DNA of 41,310 bases from Actinomycetes bacterium (GCA_023386675.1 JAEWJG010000160.1:1-41310); one strand, 5' to 3'; positions 28,933-38,243 are shown, counted from the first letter of the stretch. Notes: generated from the letters alone by a model not told the origin. A program made the numbers and translations.

Positions 28933-29202
28933 TGTCCGCGGGCGACGATGGTTTCCACGTCATTCTGCGATTCTCCTGCGAGTCACCGGGCTTGCCTCGG
29001 GTACAAACTCTCAAATCGCGAATGCGGGGCTGCCGGAGGGATGTCCACGGGTTTCCCCAAATCCGTCGTGGGAACATCACTCGCCCTCGGGTGCGTTTCG
29101 CCCAACTAGGTTGAGAAAGCCCAACGAGCGCAAGACGTGACACCGTTTGTTGCTACTCGGCGCAATCGTTGACGCGGCCTCGCCTCACTACACTGAGACC
29201 TC

Positions 29203-29913
29203 ATGTCGACGCCCCCGCCGTCCGCGTCTCCCGGCCACTCGTACCAGAGCACCGCGGCACCGCCACCGCCCGTCGGCTACTCGTTCCAGCCCTACCCTCC
29301 GCACCCTTACCCTCCGCAGCCACGCCTGAACGTGTTCGCGCTCGTCGCGTTCATCTCTTCTTTCGTCGTCAGCCTCGCCGGGATCATCTGCGGCCACATA
29401 GCCCTGTCGCAGATCAAACGGACAGGGGAGACCGGTGGCGGGTTCGCACTCGCCGGCCTCATCATCGGCTACGTGGGCACGCTGCTCGGCATCCTGTGGA
29501 CCGCGGTGTGTGTTGTCGCGATCGTCGTGGGGAGCGTCGGTGCGGCGCACGCGTCCATGACGCCGCAGGGCTCCAGCCCGGTATCCAAGGCGGACCGCGC
29601 GATCGTCGTGACCTCGTCGAAGGAGCTCCTCACCGCAGTCGACGCGGTAGCGCAGACGATGGTGGACGCGCCCGGGCCATCCCGAGAAGCTCTGAATACC
29701 GCCGCCGAAGCCTTCAAAGGCCGCGTCACCGACCTTCAGAGTGTCATGCTGCGGACCGATGCCCACTACGTCAACGACGGGCTGGACGCGCTCAGCAGCG
29801 ACCTCGCCGAGTATCAGTCTTCGAGCGCCGACAACCAGGACGCCAGCCAGATCAAGGTCGACGTCATCGGAATCAAGGATTCGCTGGCCACCCTCGATCG
29901 CGACTCCCACTGA
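29203..29913 (+). CDS. DUF4190 domain membrane protein with Pro-rich N-terminus and helical C-terminal domain
   Basis: NVFALVAFISS...GIICGHIALSQIKRTGETGGGFALAGLIIGY motif. Confidence 0.85.
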   Translation: MSTPPPSASPGHSYQSTAAPPPPVGYSFQPYPPHPYPPQPRLNVFALVAFISSFVVSLAGIICGHIALSQIKRTGETGGGFALAGLIIGYVGTLLGILWTAVCVVAIVVGSVGAAHASMTPQGSSPVSKADRAIVVTSSKELLTAVDAVAQTMVDAPGPSREALNTAAEAFKGRVTDLQSVMLRTDAHYVNDGLDALSSDLAEYQSSSADNQDASQIKVDVIGIKDSLATLDRDSH

Positions 29914-29953
29914 CGCATTCCACCTGCCACGCCCACCGTCCTAGGGTGTGGGC

Positions 29954-31057
29954 ATGGCTGATGTGCTGGAGGGGCTCGTCGCAGCCCCGGAGGTCGTACC
30001 CGACGAAGCCCTCGACGACGTCCGGGAACGGCTGCGCAGGTTCCGGTCGGTTCCCTCCGTGGATGCGGCGCCGTGGGAGCTGGGCGTCGACACCGGCTGG
30101 CTGTCCGAGCTGGTCCGGTTCTGGGCCGACGAGTACGACTGGCGTCCCCACGAGGACGCCCTCCGTCGGCGACCGTGGGCTCTCGTGGATGGCGAGGTGC
30201 CCATCCGCCTCCTCCACCATCGCGTCGGCGACGACGCGCCCACGGTGCTCCTGCTGCACGGGTGGCCGGACTCCGTCCTCCGATTCGACCGGGTCGTGCC
30301 GCTGCTGCGGGACTGCAACCTCGTCATCCCGGCGCTGCCCGGCTTCCCGTTCGCCGCGGCCGTCCCGGGCGGCGGGATGCGCGCGAAGGACATCGGGGCG
30401 GCCGTCGGGTCGGCCGTCGCATCCCTGGGCTACCGCGAGTACGTCGTCTCCGCCGGCGATGTGGGAACGGACGTCGCCGAGGGGCTCCTCGAGGCGCACT
30501 CGAGCTCGGTGTCTGCGCTGCACTTCACCGACATCTCGCAATACCACTTCCTCCACGGACTCCCCTCGGACCTGACCGCGGAGGAGCGGCGCTACGTGGA
30601 GCACGGGCGCGCCTGGCAGGCGGCGGAGGGCGGCTACATGCACGAGCAAGGGACCAAGCCTGCGACGATCGCCGCCGCTCTGGGCGACTCACCGGCCGGG
30701 CTGGCCGCGTGGATCGGCGAGAAGCTGCGGTCGTGGACCGACTGCGACGGCGACCTCGGCACCGTGTTCTCGCCCGACGACGCCGTGACCTGGATCGCCG
30801 CCTACTGGCACACCGGCAGCATCGGCACTTCGTTCACCCCGTACGCCGTACCGAGCCCGAAACCGGCAGGGCGGGTGGCGATCCCGACGGTGTTCACCGT
30901 CTTCCCGAAAGACCTGGTCAACGCGCCGCGCTCGTTCGCCGGGCGGTTCTTCGACGTACGGGAGTTCCGGATGCTGGAGCACGGCGGGCACTTCGCCGCC
31001 TGGGAGCAGCCGCGCGACTACGCGGAGGGCGTTCGTTCGGCGCTGACGTACGCGTAG
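29954..31057 (+). CDS. Epoxide hydrolase family alpha/beta hydrolase (EHN-type N-terminus)
   Basis: WADEYDWR, LLLHGWPDS, PALPGFPF, GDVG, LGDSPAGLAAWIGEK and GGHFAAWEQP. Confidence 0.9.
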   Translation: MADVLEGLVAAPEVVPDEALDDVRERLRRFRSVPSVDAAPWELGVDTGWLSELVRFWADEYDWRPHEDALRRRPWALVDGEVPIRLLHHRVGDDAPTVLLLHGWPDSVLRFDRVVPLLRDCNLVIPALPGFPFAAAVPGGGMRAKDIGAAVGSAVASLGYREYVVSAGDVGTDVAEGLLEAHSSSVSALHFTDISQYHFLHGLPSDLTAEERRYVEHGRAWQAAEGGYMHEQGTKPATIAAALGDSPAGLAAWIGEKLRSWTDCDGDLGTVFSPDDAVTWIAAYWHTGSIGTSFTPYAVPSPKPAGRVAIPTVFTVFPKDLVNAPRSFAGRFFDVREFRMLEHGGHFAAWEQPRDYAEGVRSALTYA

Positions 31058-31088
31058 GGCGGTCCGCCCAAGGGACCCCGGCGCTCGC

Positions 31089-31976
31089 TCACGCCTCCGG
31101 GATGACCATCGCGAACCGCTCCGGCCGCGCCACATCCGGGTCGGGGCCGTTGCGGACTCCGGTGTCGAGGGCGTCGATGCGGTCGAGCTCGTCGGCCGAG
31201 AGGTCGAAGTCGAACACGTCGAAGTTCTCGGCGATGCGTGACGGGTTGACCGACTTCGGGATGGCCGAGCGGCCCTGCTGGAGGTGCCAGCGCAGCATGA
31301 CCTGCGCCGGAGACGTGGCGTGCGCCTCGGCGATCGCGGCGATCGTCGGGTCCTGCATGACGTTGCGACGCTCCTCGCCCCAACCCGGGTAGAAGGTGAT
31401 ACCGCCGATCGGAGACCACGCCTGGGTGACGATGCCGTTCGCCGCGTCAGCCGCCTGCACGTCTGCCTGCTGGAAGTACGGATGCAGCTCGATCTGGTTG
31501 ACGGCCGGCACGACGTCGGTCTCGGCGAGCAGCCGCTCCAGGTGGTGCGGCATGAAGTTGCTGACGCCGATCGAGCGGACGCGGCCATCCGCCAGGAGCG
31601 TCTCGAGCGCCTGGTAGGCGGCGATCGTCTTCTCGAACCGGTCGGGCGCCGGCTGGTGGAGGATGAGCAGGTCGAGCCGGTCGACGCCGAGCTTGCCGGT
31701 CGCCTTCTCCCAGGCGTGCAGCGTCTCGTCGTAGCCGTAGTCCGAGACCCACACCTTCGTCTCGATGAACACCTCGTCCCGATCGAGGCCGGAGCGGCGG
31801 ATGCCCTCCCCCACCTCCCGCTCGTTGCCGTAGGCCGCGGCGGTGTCGATGTGGCGGTAGCCGGTCTCGAGGGCCGCGAGCACCGCGGCGGTGGTCTCCT
31901 CGGGCGACGACTGGAAAACGCCCAGGCCGAGGGCGGGCATCGTGATGCCGTTGTTCAGGGTCAGATCCATGGTCAT
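31089..31976 (-). CDS. Aldo/keto reductase (2,5-DKG reductase-like)
   Basis: GLGVFQ, GYRHIDTAAAYGNE, IGVSNF, NQIELHP, AWSPIG and IPKS. Start at 31976 or 31970. Confidence 0.93.
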   Translation of the reverse strand: MTMDLTLNNGITMPALGLGVFQSSPEETTAAVLAALETGYRHIDTAAAYGNEREVGEGIRRSGLDRDEVFIETKVWVSDYGYDETLHAWEKATGKLGVDRLDLLILHQPAPDRFEKTIAAYQALETLLADGRVRSIGVSNFMPHHLERLLAETDVVPAVNQIELHPYFQQADVQAADAANGIVTQAWSPIGGITFYPGWGEERRNVMQDPTIAAIAEAHATSPAQVMLRWHLQQGRSAIPKSVNPSRIAENFDVFDFDLSADELDRIDALDTGVRNGPDPDVARPERFAMVIPEA

Positions 31977-32030
31977 GCTCCTCACGCTAGGCGGGTGGGG
32001 CGGATGCCGGGAGGGGCGACCCGCGATCGC

Positions 32031-33248
32031 TCAGGCGACCGGGCCCTGCGCCAGTGTGACGTCGGCGGTGTGGGATGCGCCCTGCGCATCCGTCCACGTC
32101 ACGGAGACCGACTGCCCCGGCTTCAGACCGGCCAGCCCGTCCGTGAGGGCCTGCGCCGAGTCGATCGCCGTCCCGTCGACGGAGGTGATCGTGTCGCCGG
32201 CGCTCAGGCCCGCCGCGGCCGCAGGGCCGTTCGCGATCACGCCCGAGACGGTCGCACCGGACGTCGAGGCGGCTCCCGTCGAGCCGTACGCGTATCCGTA
32301 TCCCGCACCGGACTCGTCGGCGGACGACGCGACCTCGACCCCGAGGAACGCCGGGTAGCCGATGGTCACCGTCGACGACGCCTGGCCCGCCTCGATCTGA
32401 GTGGCGATGGCCAGCGCGTTCTCGATCGGGATGGCGTAGCCCGCGGTCGACGTCCCTCCCGACGCGGCGGCGGTGTCGATGCCGATGACCTCGTCCTGCG
32501 CGTCGAAGAGCGGGCCGCCGGAGTCGCCGGCCTGGATGTCCGCGTCCGTCTGGATGAGCCCGTGCAGCGTCTCGGACGCCGCCGTCTGCTCGGCCTGCGT
32601 CGTGATGGTCTGGTCGAGGGCGGTCACAGTGCCGGGCGACGCGGAGGGGGTGCCTCCCGTGCCGCCCGCGTTGCCGACGCCGGTGACCGCTTCGCCCACG
32701 GCCGTGTCGCCGGCGGTGTCGAGGTGCGCGGTCTGCAGGCCGGACGCGCCAGTCAGCTGCAGGACCGCGACGTCGTCGGTCGCGTCGGTGCCCACCACGG
32801 ACGCCGTGTAGACGGAGCCGGTGGCGACGACGGTGACGCTGATGCTGGTCGCGCCCTCAACGACATGGTTGTTGGTGAGGATCTCGCCGCTCGACGTGAG
32901 CACGATGCCGGTCCCGGCGCTCTCCGCCTGGTCGTAGGTGAGCTGGGAGGTGATGTCGACGACGCCGACCTCCTGCGCGGAGGTGGCGGACGCCAGGGTG
33001 GAGGTCGTGGTCGAGCCGGCGGTCGAGCCGGAGGACGTGCCGCCCGACCCGTAACCGTATCCCGACCCGTACCCGCCGCGACCCAGGGCCGTGTGGATGC
33101 TCGCCGACGCGCTGGACGACGCCACCGCGGAGGTCCCGGCCGCAGACGCGGACACCGCCACGCCGAACGCCGACCCCGCGACGACCGTCGCCGCGACGGC
33201 CGTCGACATGCCGATGAAGAGACGGCGGCGGTTCGTGGTGGTGTTCAT
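32031..33248 (-). CDS. Secreted S1C (HtrA/PepA-like) serine protease with PDZ domain
   Basis: Signal peptide, Ser/Gly/Thr-rich linker, catalytic LTNNHVV, DVAVL and GDSGGP, and PDZ GPAAAAGLSAGDTITSVDG. Confidence 0.92.
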   Translation of the reverse strand: MNTTTNRRRLFIGMSTAVAATVVAGSAFGVAVSASAAGTSAVASSSASASIHTALGRGGYGSGYGYGSGGTSSGSTAGSTTTSTLASATSAQEVGVVDITSQLTYDQAESAGTGIVLTSSGEILTNNHVVEGATSISVTVVATGSVYTASVVGTDATDDVAVLQLTGASGLQTAHLDTAGDTAVGEAVTGVGNAGGTGGTPSASPGTVTALDQTITTQAEQTAASETLHGLIQTDADIQAGDSGGPLFDAQDEVIGIDTAAASGGTSTAGYAIPIENALAIATQIEAGQASSTVTIGYPAFLGVEVASSADESGAGYGYAYGSTGAASTSGATVSGVIANGPAAAAGLSAGDTITSVDGTAIDSAQALTDGLAGLKPGQSVSVTWTDAQGASHTADVTLAQGPVA

Positions 33249-33379
33249 GGTGGTCCTCTCGCTGGTGTGGATGGAGACAGCACACCGCGTGCGGGTCGGA
33301 GACCGGCATGCGCCGCCTAGGTCCGCGCCGTGAAGAAGCCAGAACTTCCTATGGGAAGGGTGAGCGTAGGCTGAGGCGC

Positions 33380-33667
33380 ATGGACCTCCGCTTCGCGGGC
33401 GAGCTCTGGTACTGGCGCGGGCCGGCGCCGTTCCACTTCGTGACCGTCCCGCCGGACGAGAGCGAGGCGATCGCCGAGGTCGCGCCGCGGATCACGTACG
33501 GCTGGGGCATGATCCCGGCGCGGGTGGCGGTCGGCGCGACCGAGATCACCACCTCCCTCTGGCCCAAGGACGGCGGCTACATCGTCCCGGTGAAGAAGGC
33601 GCTGCAGGATGCGGAGGGGCTGGAGCTCGGCGACACCGTCCACGTGCGGCTGCGACTCGACGTCTAG
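33380..33667 (+). CDS. DUF1905 domain protein
   Basis: FAGELWYWRGPAPFHFVTVP...YGWGMIP...TSLWPKDGGYIVPVK; TAGGCT -10 lies 7 nt before the ATG. Confidence 0.85.
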   Translation: MDLRFAGELWYWRGPAPFHFVTVPPDESEAIAEVAPRITYGWGMIPARVAVGATEITTSLWPKDGGYIVPVKKALQDAEGLELGDTVHVRLRLDV

Positions 33668-34053
33668 ACCGCGTTCCCGCGCCGCAGCGGCACCGGGTCG
33701 AGCCGCACCCAGACGACGCTGACCAGGCCGCGGGCCAGGTCGACGGCGATGGACGCGGTGCGGCGGCCGTCGCGGGTGAGCAGCAGGCCCGGACTGCCGT
33801 TCACCGGGCGCTCGGCCACCTCCAGGCCGCGCTGCGCACCGAGGCCGTGCGCGAGGAGGAGGGAGGCGTCCTCCACCCCGCGCACCACACGCACCTTCGC
33901 GTGCTCGGGCTCGCCCGAGTCGACCACCACCGCCACGTCCGGATCGAGCAGCGCCCGCACCCGGCGCAGGTCGCGCGCGGACGCGGCAGCGCGCAGCCGG
34001 GCGACGGTGCGGTGGTGCGGCCGCAGCTGCGGCAGCCAGGAGGTCTCAGACAT
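33664..34053 (-). CDS. Stand-alone SnoaL/NTF2-like protein resembling the ECF41 C-terminal extension
   Basis: DLRRVRALLDPDVAVVVDSGE...VNGSPGLLL...VWVRLDP parallels the local sigma tail DIAELERIFTADIVSYSDGGG...ANGGPAAVL...WVLNPEKL; GAAGGGA RBS. Confidence 0.7.
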   Translation of the reverse strand: MSETSWLPQLRPHHRTVARLRAAASARDLRRVRALLDPDVAVVVDSGEPEHAKVRVVRGVEDASLLLAHGLGAQRGLEVAERPVNGSPGLLLTRDGRRTASIAVDLARGLVSVVWVRLDPVPLRRGNAV

Positions 34054-34189
34054 GATGCGTTCCCTTCGTCGAGGGGATCCGGCGGCGGATGGGACCAGCC
34101 GTGGTCTGCTTGGCGACTGTCCCTGGCAGGGGACCGCCTGAAACCCGGTGCTTCCGCTCTTACCTCACGGCTCGGCCGGACCGGCTGGA

Positions 34190-34954
34190 TCAGTGCGAAG
34201 CGGGCACGGCCGCCTGCGCGTCCAGCCACTGCCCGAACGTCGTCGGGAACACCTCCGCATCCGGCCCCGGCAGCAGCTCGCGGTCGGTCAGGTGCGCGCC
34301 GAAGTACCGCGCGTCGTGGTCCGCCACGACCGCCCGGCCGTCGGCCCGCGCCGCGAGCCCGCGCGCGATCAGCTCGGTCAGCAGGAACTCCTCCGGTCCG
34401 CTCACCTCGAGCACGCTGTTCAGCGGGTCGTGCGCGGCCGTGCGCGCGACAGCGGTCGCGACATCCTCCGCCGCGATCGGCTTGATCGACACGGGCGCGA
34501 GCCGCACGGTGCCGCCGTCGGTCGCGGCGTCGGCGATCGACCTCACGAACTCGTAGAACTGGGTGGCGTGCACGAGCGAGAACGGGATGCCGGACTCACG
34601 GATGAGCTGCTCCTGCGCGACCTTCGCCCGCATGTAGCCGCTGTCCGTCATCCGCTCCGTGCCGACGACCGACAGAGCGACGTGGTGCCGGATGCCCGCC
34701 TTCCGCTCGGCGGCGAGCAGCGTGTTCGTGGAGGTGACGAAGAAGTCCATGACGGCCTTCTCCTCGAACGACGGCGAGTTGGAGACATCGACGACGACGT
34801 CCGCTCCGGCGAGCGCCGCATCCACCCCCTCGCCGGTGAGCGTGTTCACGCCCGAGTTCGGCGAGGCGGCGAGCGCCTCGTGGCCGTGCGCGGTCAGCTT
34901 CGCGACCGCTTTCGACCCGATCAGGCCGGTGCCGCCGATGACGACGATCTTCAT
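34190..34954 (-). CDS. NAD(P)H-binding NmrA/atypical SDR oxidoreductase (ECF41-associated), copy 1
   Basis: MKIVVIGGTGLIG, HHVALSVVG, GYMRAKVAQE and ATQFYEF. Confidence 0.9.
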   Translation of the reverse strand: MKIVVIGGTGLIGSKAVAKLTAHGHEALAASPNSGVNTLTGEGVDAALAGADVVVDVSNSPSFEEKAVMDFFVTSTNTLLAAERKAGIRHHVALSVVGTERMTDSGYMRAKVAQEQLIRESGIPFSLVHATQFYEFVRSIADAATDGGTVRLAPVSIKPIAAEDVATAVARTAAHDPLNSVLEVSGPEEFLLTELIARGLAARADGRAVVADHDARYFGAHLTDRELLPGPDAEVFPTTFGQWLDAQAAVPASH

Positions 34955-35011
34955 GTCCCTGTCTCCTTGCATCCCTGGTGAGCTCGGCCCGTGCGGCCGT
35001 TCAGAAGCTAG

Positions 35012-35038
35012 GACAGGGCACGGCCCGTGGATGTGACA
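35012..35038 (-). promoter_or_regulatory. ECF41-type promoter for oxidoreductase copy 1
   Basis: Minus strand TGTCACA-N16-TGTC. Confidence 0.8.
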
Positions 35039-35042
35039 CCCC

Positions 35043-35069
35043 TGTCACAGATTCCGCCGCCGTCCGGTC
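35043..35069 (+). promoter_or_regulatory. ECF41-type promoter for the MFS gene
   Basis: TGTCACA-N16-GGTC, back to back with the previous promoter. Confidence 0.8.
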
Positions 35070-35117
35070 TGAGCCTGCGCCGGGCTACCCCGGTCTCGGA
35101 CATAAGAGAGGGAACCC

Positions 35118-36542
35118 ATGGCTCGTTGGATCACCGCACCTCAGCGCACCGTCCTGGCGGTGGCGGTGCTCGCCACCTTCATCGCCTTCCTCGACGGCAG
35201 CGTCGTGAACGTCGCGCTGCCGGCAATCGGCCGCGAGCTCGGCGGCGGCCTGGCCGCTCAGCAGTGGGTGGTGGATGCGTATCTGCTCACCCTGGGGTCG
35301 GTGATCCTGCTCGCCGGGTCGCTGTCCGACCTGTTCGGCCGCCGACGCGTGCTGTTCTGGGGGTTGGTCGGATTCGCCGTCGCCTCCGCGCTGTGCGCTC
35401 TTGCGCCCACCGCCGGCGTGCTGATCGCCGCCCGCGGGGCGCAGGGGGTTGCCGGGGCGCTTCTCGTCCCGAGCTCGCTCGCGCTCATCCTGAGCGGGTT
35501 CAGCGGCGCGGCGCAGAGCCGGGCGATCGGCACCTGGACCGCGATCACGTCGCTCGCGAGCATTGCGGGGCCGGTGATGGGAGGCGTGCTGGTCGACACA
35601 CTGTCGTGGCGGTGGGTGTTCGGCATCAACCTGCTGCCGATCGCGGTCGCACTGCTGCTCCTCCGCGGACTCCCCGCCGACCCGCCGCGGCCGGCAGGAG
35701 CGCGGGTCGACTGGTTCGGCGCCGCGCTCGGGGTCGTCGGCCTCGGCCTGCCGGTGTTCGCGCTGATCGAGCATCCCCGGTACGACTGGGGCTCTCCACT
35801 GATCGTCGGGGCGCTCGTCGCCGGCCTGCTCGGCCTCGTCGGCTTCGTGCTGTGGGAGCGGCGGACGGCGCAGCCGATGCTGCCGCTCGGCATCTTCCGC
35901 GCGCGCGACTTCTCGGTCGGCAACGTGTCCACCGCGTTCATCTACGGCGGCGTGGCGGTCGGCACGTTCGCCCTCGCGCTGTTCCTGCAGCAGGGCGCCG
36001 GGTACACGGCGACGCTGGCCGGCTTCTCGATGGTGCCGTCGAGCATCCTGCTCATCGCGCTGTCCGCGTTCTTCGGGCGGCTCAGCGGGAAGGTCGGCCC
36101 GCGGCTGCTCATGACGGTCGGGCCGTTGGTCGCGGCGGGCGGCTTCCTGCTCATGCTGCGCATCGGAGCCCACGCCGACTATCTCACCGAGGTTCTGCCC
36201 GCTGTGGCGGTGTTCGGGCTCGGGATGTCGATCACGGTCGCGCCGCTGACCGCGACGATCCTCGGCGCGGTCGACTCCGCCCGGGCCGGGATCGCCTCGG
36301 CGGTGAACAACGCTGTGTCGCGCGTCGCCGGGCTGGTCGCGGTGGCGCTCGCCGGGTCGGCGGGCGGGACGATGTCGGCGGTGGGCGGATTCCACGAGCT
36401 GGCCGGCGCTGCCGCGATCGCGCTGATCGCGGGCGCGGTGGTGTCCGGGATCGGGATCCGCGACCCGCGGGCGAGCACCGGCGAGGTGACAGCGGCGACG
36501 GCACTGTCACAGACGCGGGCCGTATCCGGTCATAGCGGGTGA
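35118..36542 (+). CDS. MFS transporter, DHA2 (EmrB/QacA-like)
   Basis: LDGSVVNVALP, QWVVDAYLL, GSLSDLFGRRR and WRWVFGINL; about 14 TM segments. Confidence 0.92.
   Translation: MARWITAPQRTVLAVAVLATFIAFLDGSVVNVALPAIGRELGGGLAAQQWVVDAYLLTLGSVILLAGSLSDLFGRRRVLFWGLVGFAVASALCALAPTAGVLIAARGAQGVAGALLVPSSLALILSGFSGAAQSRAIGTWTAITSLASIAGPVMGGVLVDTLSWRWVFGINLLPIAVALLLLRGLPADPPRPAGARVDWFGAALGVVGLGLPVFALIEHPRYDWGSPLIVGALVAGLLGLVGFVLWERRTAQPMLPLGIFRARDFSVGNVSTAFIYGGVAVGTFALALFLQQGAGYTATLAGFSMVPSSILLIALSAFFGRLSGKVGPRLLMTVGPLVAAGGFLLMLRIGAHADYLTEVLPAVAVFGLGMSITVAPLTATILGAVDSARAGIASAVNNAVSRVAGLVAVALAGSAGGTMSAVGGFHELAGAAAIALIAGAVVSGIGIRDPRASTGEVTAATALSQTRAVSGHSG
36505..36531 (+). promoter_or_regulatory. ECF41-type promoter for the oxidoreductase-sigma operon (inside the MFS 3' end)
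   Basis: TGTCACA-N16-GGTC. Confidence 0.8.
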
Positions 36543-36579
36543 GCCCGTGGACGGACCGCGGGCGGGAACGGAGAACGCC

Positions 36580-37341
36580 ATGAGGATCGTCGTCGTCGGA
36601 GGCACCGGGCTGGTCGGGCGGAGGGTCGTGGAGCTGCTGCGCGAGAGCGGGCACGACGCGGTCGCCGCCTCCCCATCGACCGGTGTGGACACGGTCACCG
36701 GAGCCGGGCTCACCGAGGCGCTGCAGGGCGCGGACGTGGTTGTCGACACCCCGAACGCGCCGTCGTTCGAGGACGGACCGGTGCTCCAGTTCTTCGAGCG
36801 GTCGACCGGCAACCTCGTCGCGGCCGGAAAGGACGCGGGCGTGCGCCACCACGTCGTCCTGTCGATCGTCGGGGCCGACCGGCTGCCCGACATCGGCTAC
36901 ATGCGCGCGAAGGTCGCCCAGGAGCGGATCGTGCGCGAGAGCGGCATCCCGTTCACGATCGTGCGGGCGACGCAGTTCTTCGAGTTCATCGGCGCGCTGA
37001 CGGACGGCGCGACCCAGGGTGACACGGCGGTGCTGTCGGATGTGCTGATGCAGCCGATCGCGGCTGCGGACGTGTCGGCCGCCCTCGCCGAGGTCGCGCT
37101 CGCCGAGCCGTCGGACGGCGTGCTCGAGCTGGCCGGCCCGGAGCAGCTGCGGCTCGACGGCCTCTCTCGCCGCCTGCTCGCCGCCCGCGGCGACCACCGC
37201 ACGGTCGTCACCGACCCCGCCGCCGGCTACTTCGGCGGCACGGTCGACGACCGCTCGCTCGTGCCCGGCAACGATCCCGCCATCACCGACCAGCGCTTCG
37301 GGAGCACGCTGTACTCCCGCTGGCTGGAGGATGCTCGCTAG
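36580..37341 (+). CDS. NAD(P)H-binding NmrA/atypical SDR oxidoreductase (ECF41-associated), copy 2
   Basis: MRIVVVGGTGLVG, HHVVLSIVG, GYMRAKVAQE and ATQFFEF; GGAG RBS. Confidence 0.9.
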   Translation: MRIVVVGGTGLVGRRVVELLRESGHDAVAASPSTGVDTVTGAGLTEALQGADVVVDTPNAPSFEDGPVLQFFERSTGNLVAAGKDAGVRHHVVLSIVGADRLPDIGYMRAKVAQERIVRESGIPFTIVRATQFFEFIGALTDGATQGDTAVLSDVLMQPIAAADVSAALAEVALAEPSDGVLELAGPEQLRLDGLSRRLLAARGDHRTVVTDPAAGYFGGTVDDRSLVPGNDPAITDQRFGSTLYSRWLEDAR

Positions 37342-37350
37342 CATTCGGCC

Positions 37351-38241
37351 ATGCCCGGGGAGACAGCGCACGCCGACCTGACCGCCGCAGCGGAGACGTT
37401 CGCGGCGGTCCGGCCGCGCCTGTTCGGCATCGCCTACCGGATGCTCGGCACCGTCGCCGACGCAGAGGACATCGTCCAGGACACCTGGGAGCGCTGGCAG
37501 GGCACCGACCGGTCGGCGGTGCGCGAGCCCGCGGCCTTCCTGGCGACCACCGCCACGCGGCTCGCGATCAATCAGGCCCAGTCGGCGCGCGTGCGGCGCG
37601 AGACCTACGTCGGCCCGTGGCTGCCGGAGCCGGTCGACACGTCTGCAGACCCGTTGCTCGGCGCGGAGCGCGGCGAGGCCCTGGAGTTCGCCGTGCTCGT
37701 CCTGCTGGAGTCGCTGTCGCCGACGGAGCGCGCGGCGTACGTGCTGCGGGAGGCGTTCGACTACCCGTATGCGCAGATCGCGGAGATCATCCAGGGCTCG
37801 GAAGCCTCCGCGCGGCAGCTCGTGAGCCGCGCCCGCAGGCACCTCACCGAGCAGCGGCACGTGCGCGAGGCCGACCGGCAGGAGCAGCGGAGGATGCTCG
37901 AAGCGTTCCTCGAAGCGGCCCAATCGGGCGACATCGCCGAGCTGGAGCGGATCTTCACCGCCGACATCGTCAGCTACTCCGACGGCGGCGGCCTGGCGCG
38001 CGCGTCCCGCATCCCGGTGTTCACGCGCGAGACGGTCGCCAAGTACCTGCGCTCGTTCCACACCCGGTTCTGGGAGGGGACCGTCCACGTCGTTGAGGCG
38101 AACGGCGGTCCTGCGGCGGTGCTGGTGCGCGATGGGAGCGTCGTCGCCTTCGTCACGCTCGATGTCACGACCGACGGGATCCGGCGCCTGCAGTGGGTGC
38201 TCAACCCCGAGAAGCTGAGGCGCCTGCCCGTCCCCGCCTGA
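37351..38241 (+). CDS. sigJ: ECF41 (SigJ-type) sigma factor with SnoaL-like C-terminal extension
   Basis: RLFGIAYRMLG, DAEDIVQD, YVGPWLPEP linker, and DGGG and NPEKL extension motifs diagnostic of ECF41. Confidence 0.93.
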   Translation: MPGETAHADLTAAAETFAAVRPRLFGIAYRMLGTVADAEDIVQDTWERWQGTDRSAVREPAAFLATTATRLAINQAQSARVRRETYVGPWLPEPVDTSADPLLGAERGEALEFAVLVLLESLSPTERAAYVLREAFDYPYAQIAEIIQGSEASARQLVSRARRHLTEQRHVREADRQEQRRMLEAFLEAAQSGDIAELERIFTADIVSYSDGGGLARASRIPVFTRETVAKYLRSFHTRFWEGTVHVVEANGGPAAVLVRDGSVVAFVTLDVTTDGIRRLQWVLNPEKLRRLPVPA

Positions 38242-38243
38242 CC

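Larger units (their letters stand above)
26634..29200. mobile_element. Lower-GC genomic islet at the tRNA-Gly 3' end (no integrase; right boundary approximate)
   Basis: Abrupt compositional shift after the tRNA: hand count 34/60 G+C at 27661-27720 versus 45/60 at 25861-25920. Many A/T-ending codons including TTA and CTA. Confidence 0.6.

Noticed and set aside
29077..29084. TCACTCGC matching the tRNA 3' end as a possible attR
   Set aside because: Only 8 bp, which is expected by chance, and no integrase is present.
28933..29200. Possible ncRNA, riboswitch or small ORF after the dGTPase
   Set aside because: No convincing conserved structure or protein motif by eye; an Rfam/Infernal scan would be needed.
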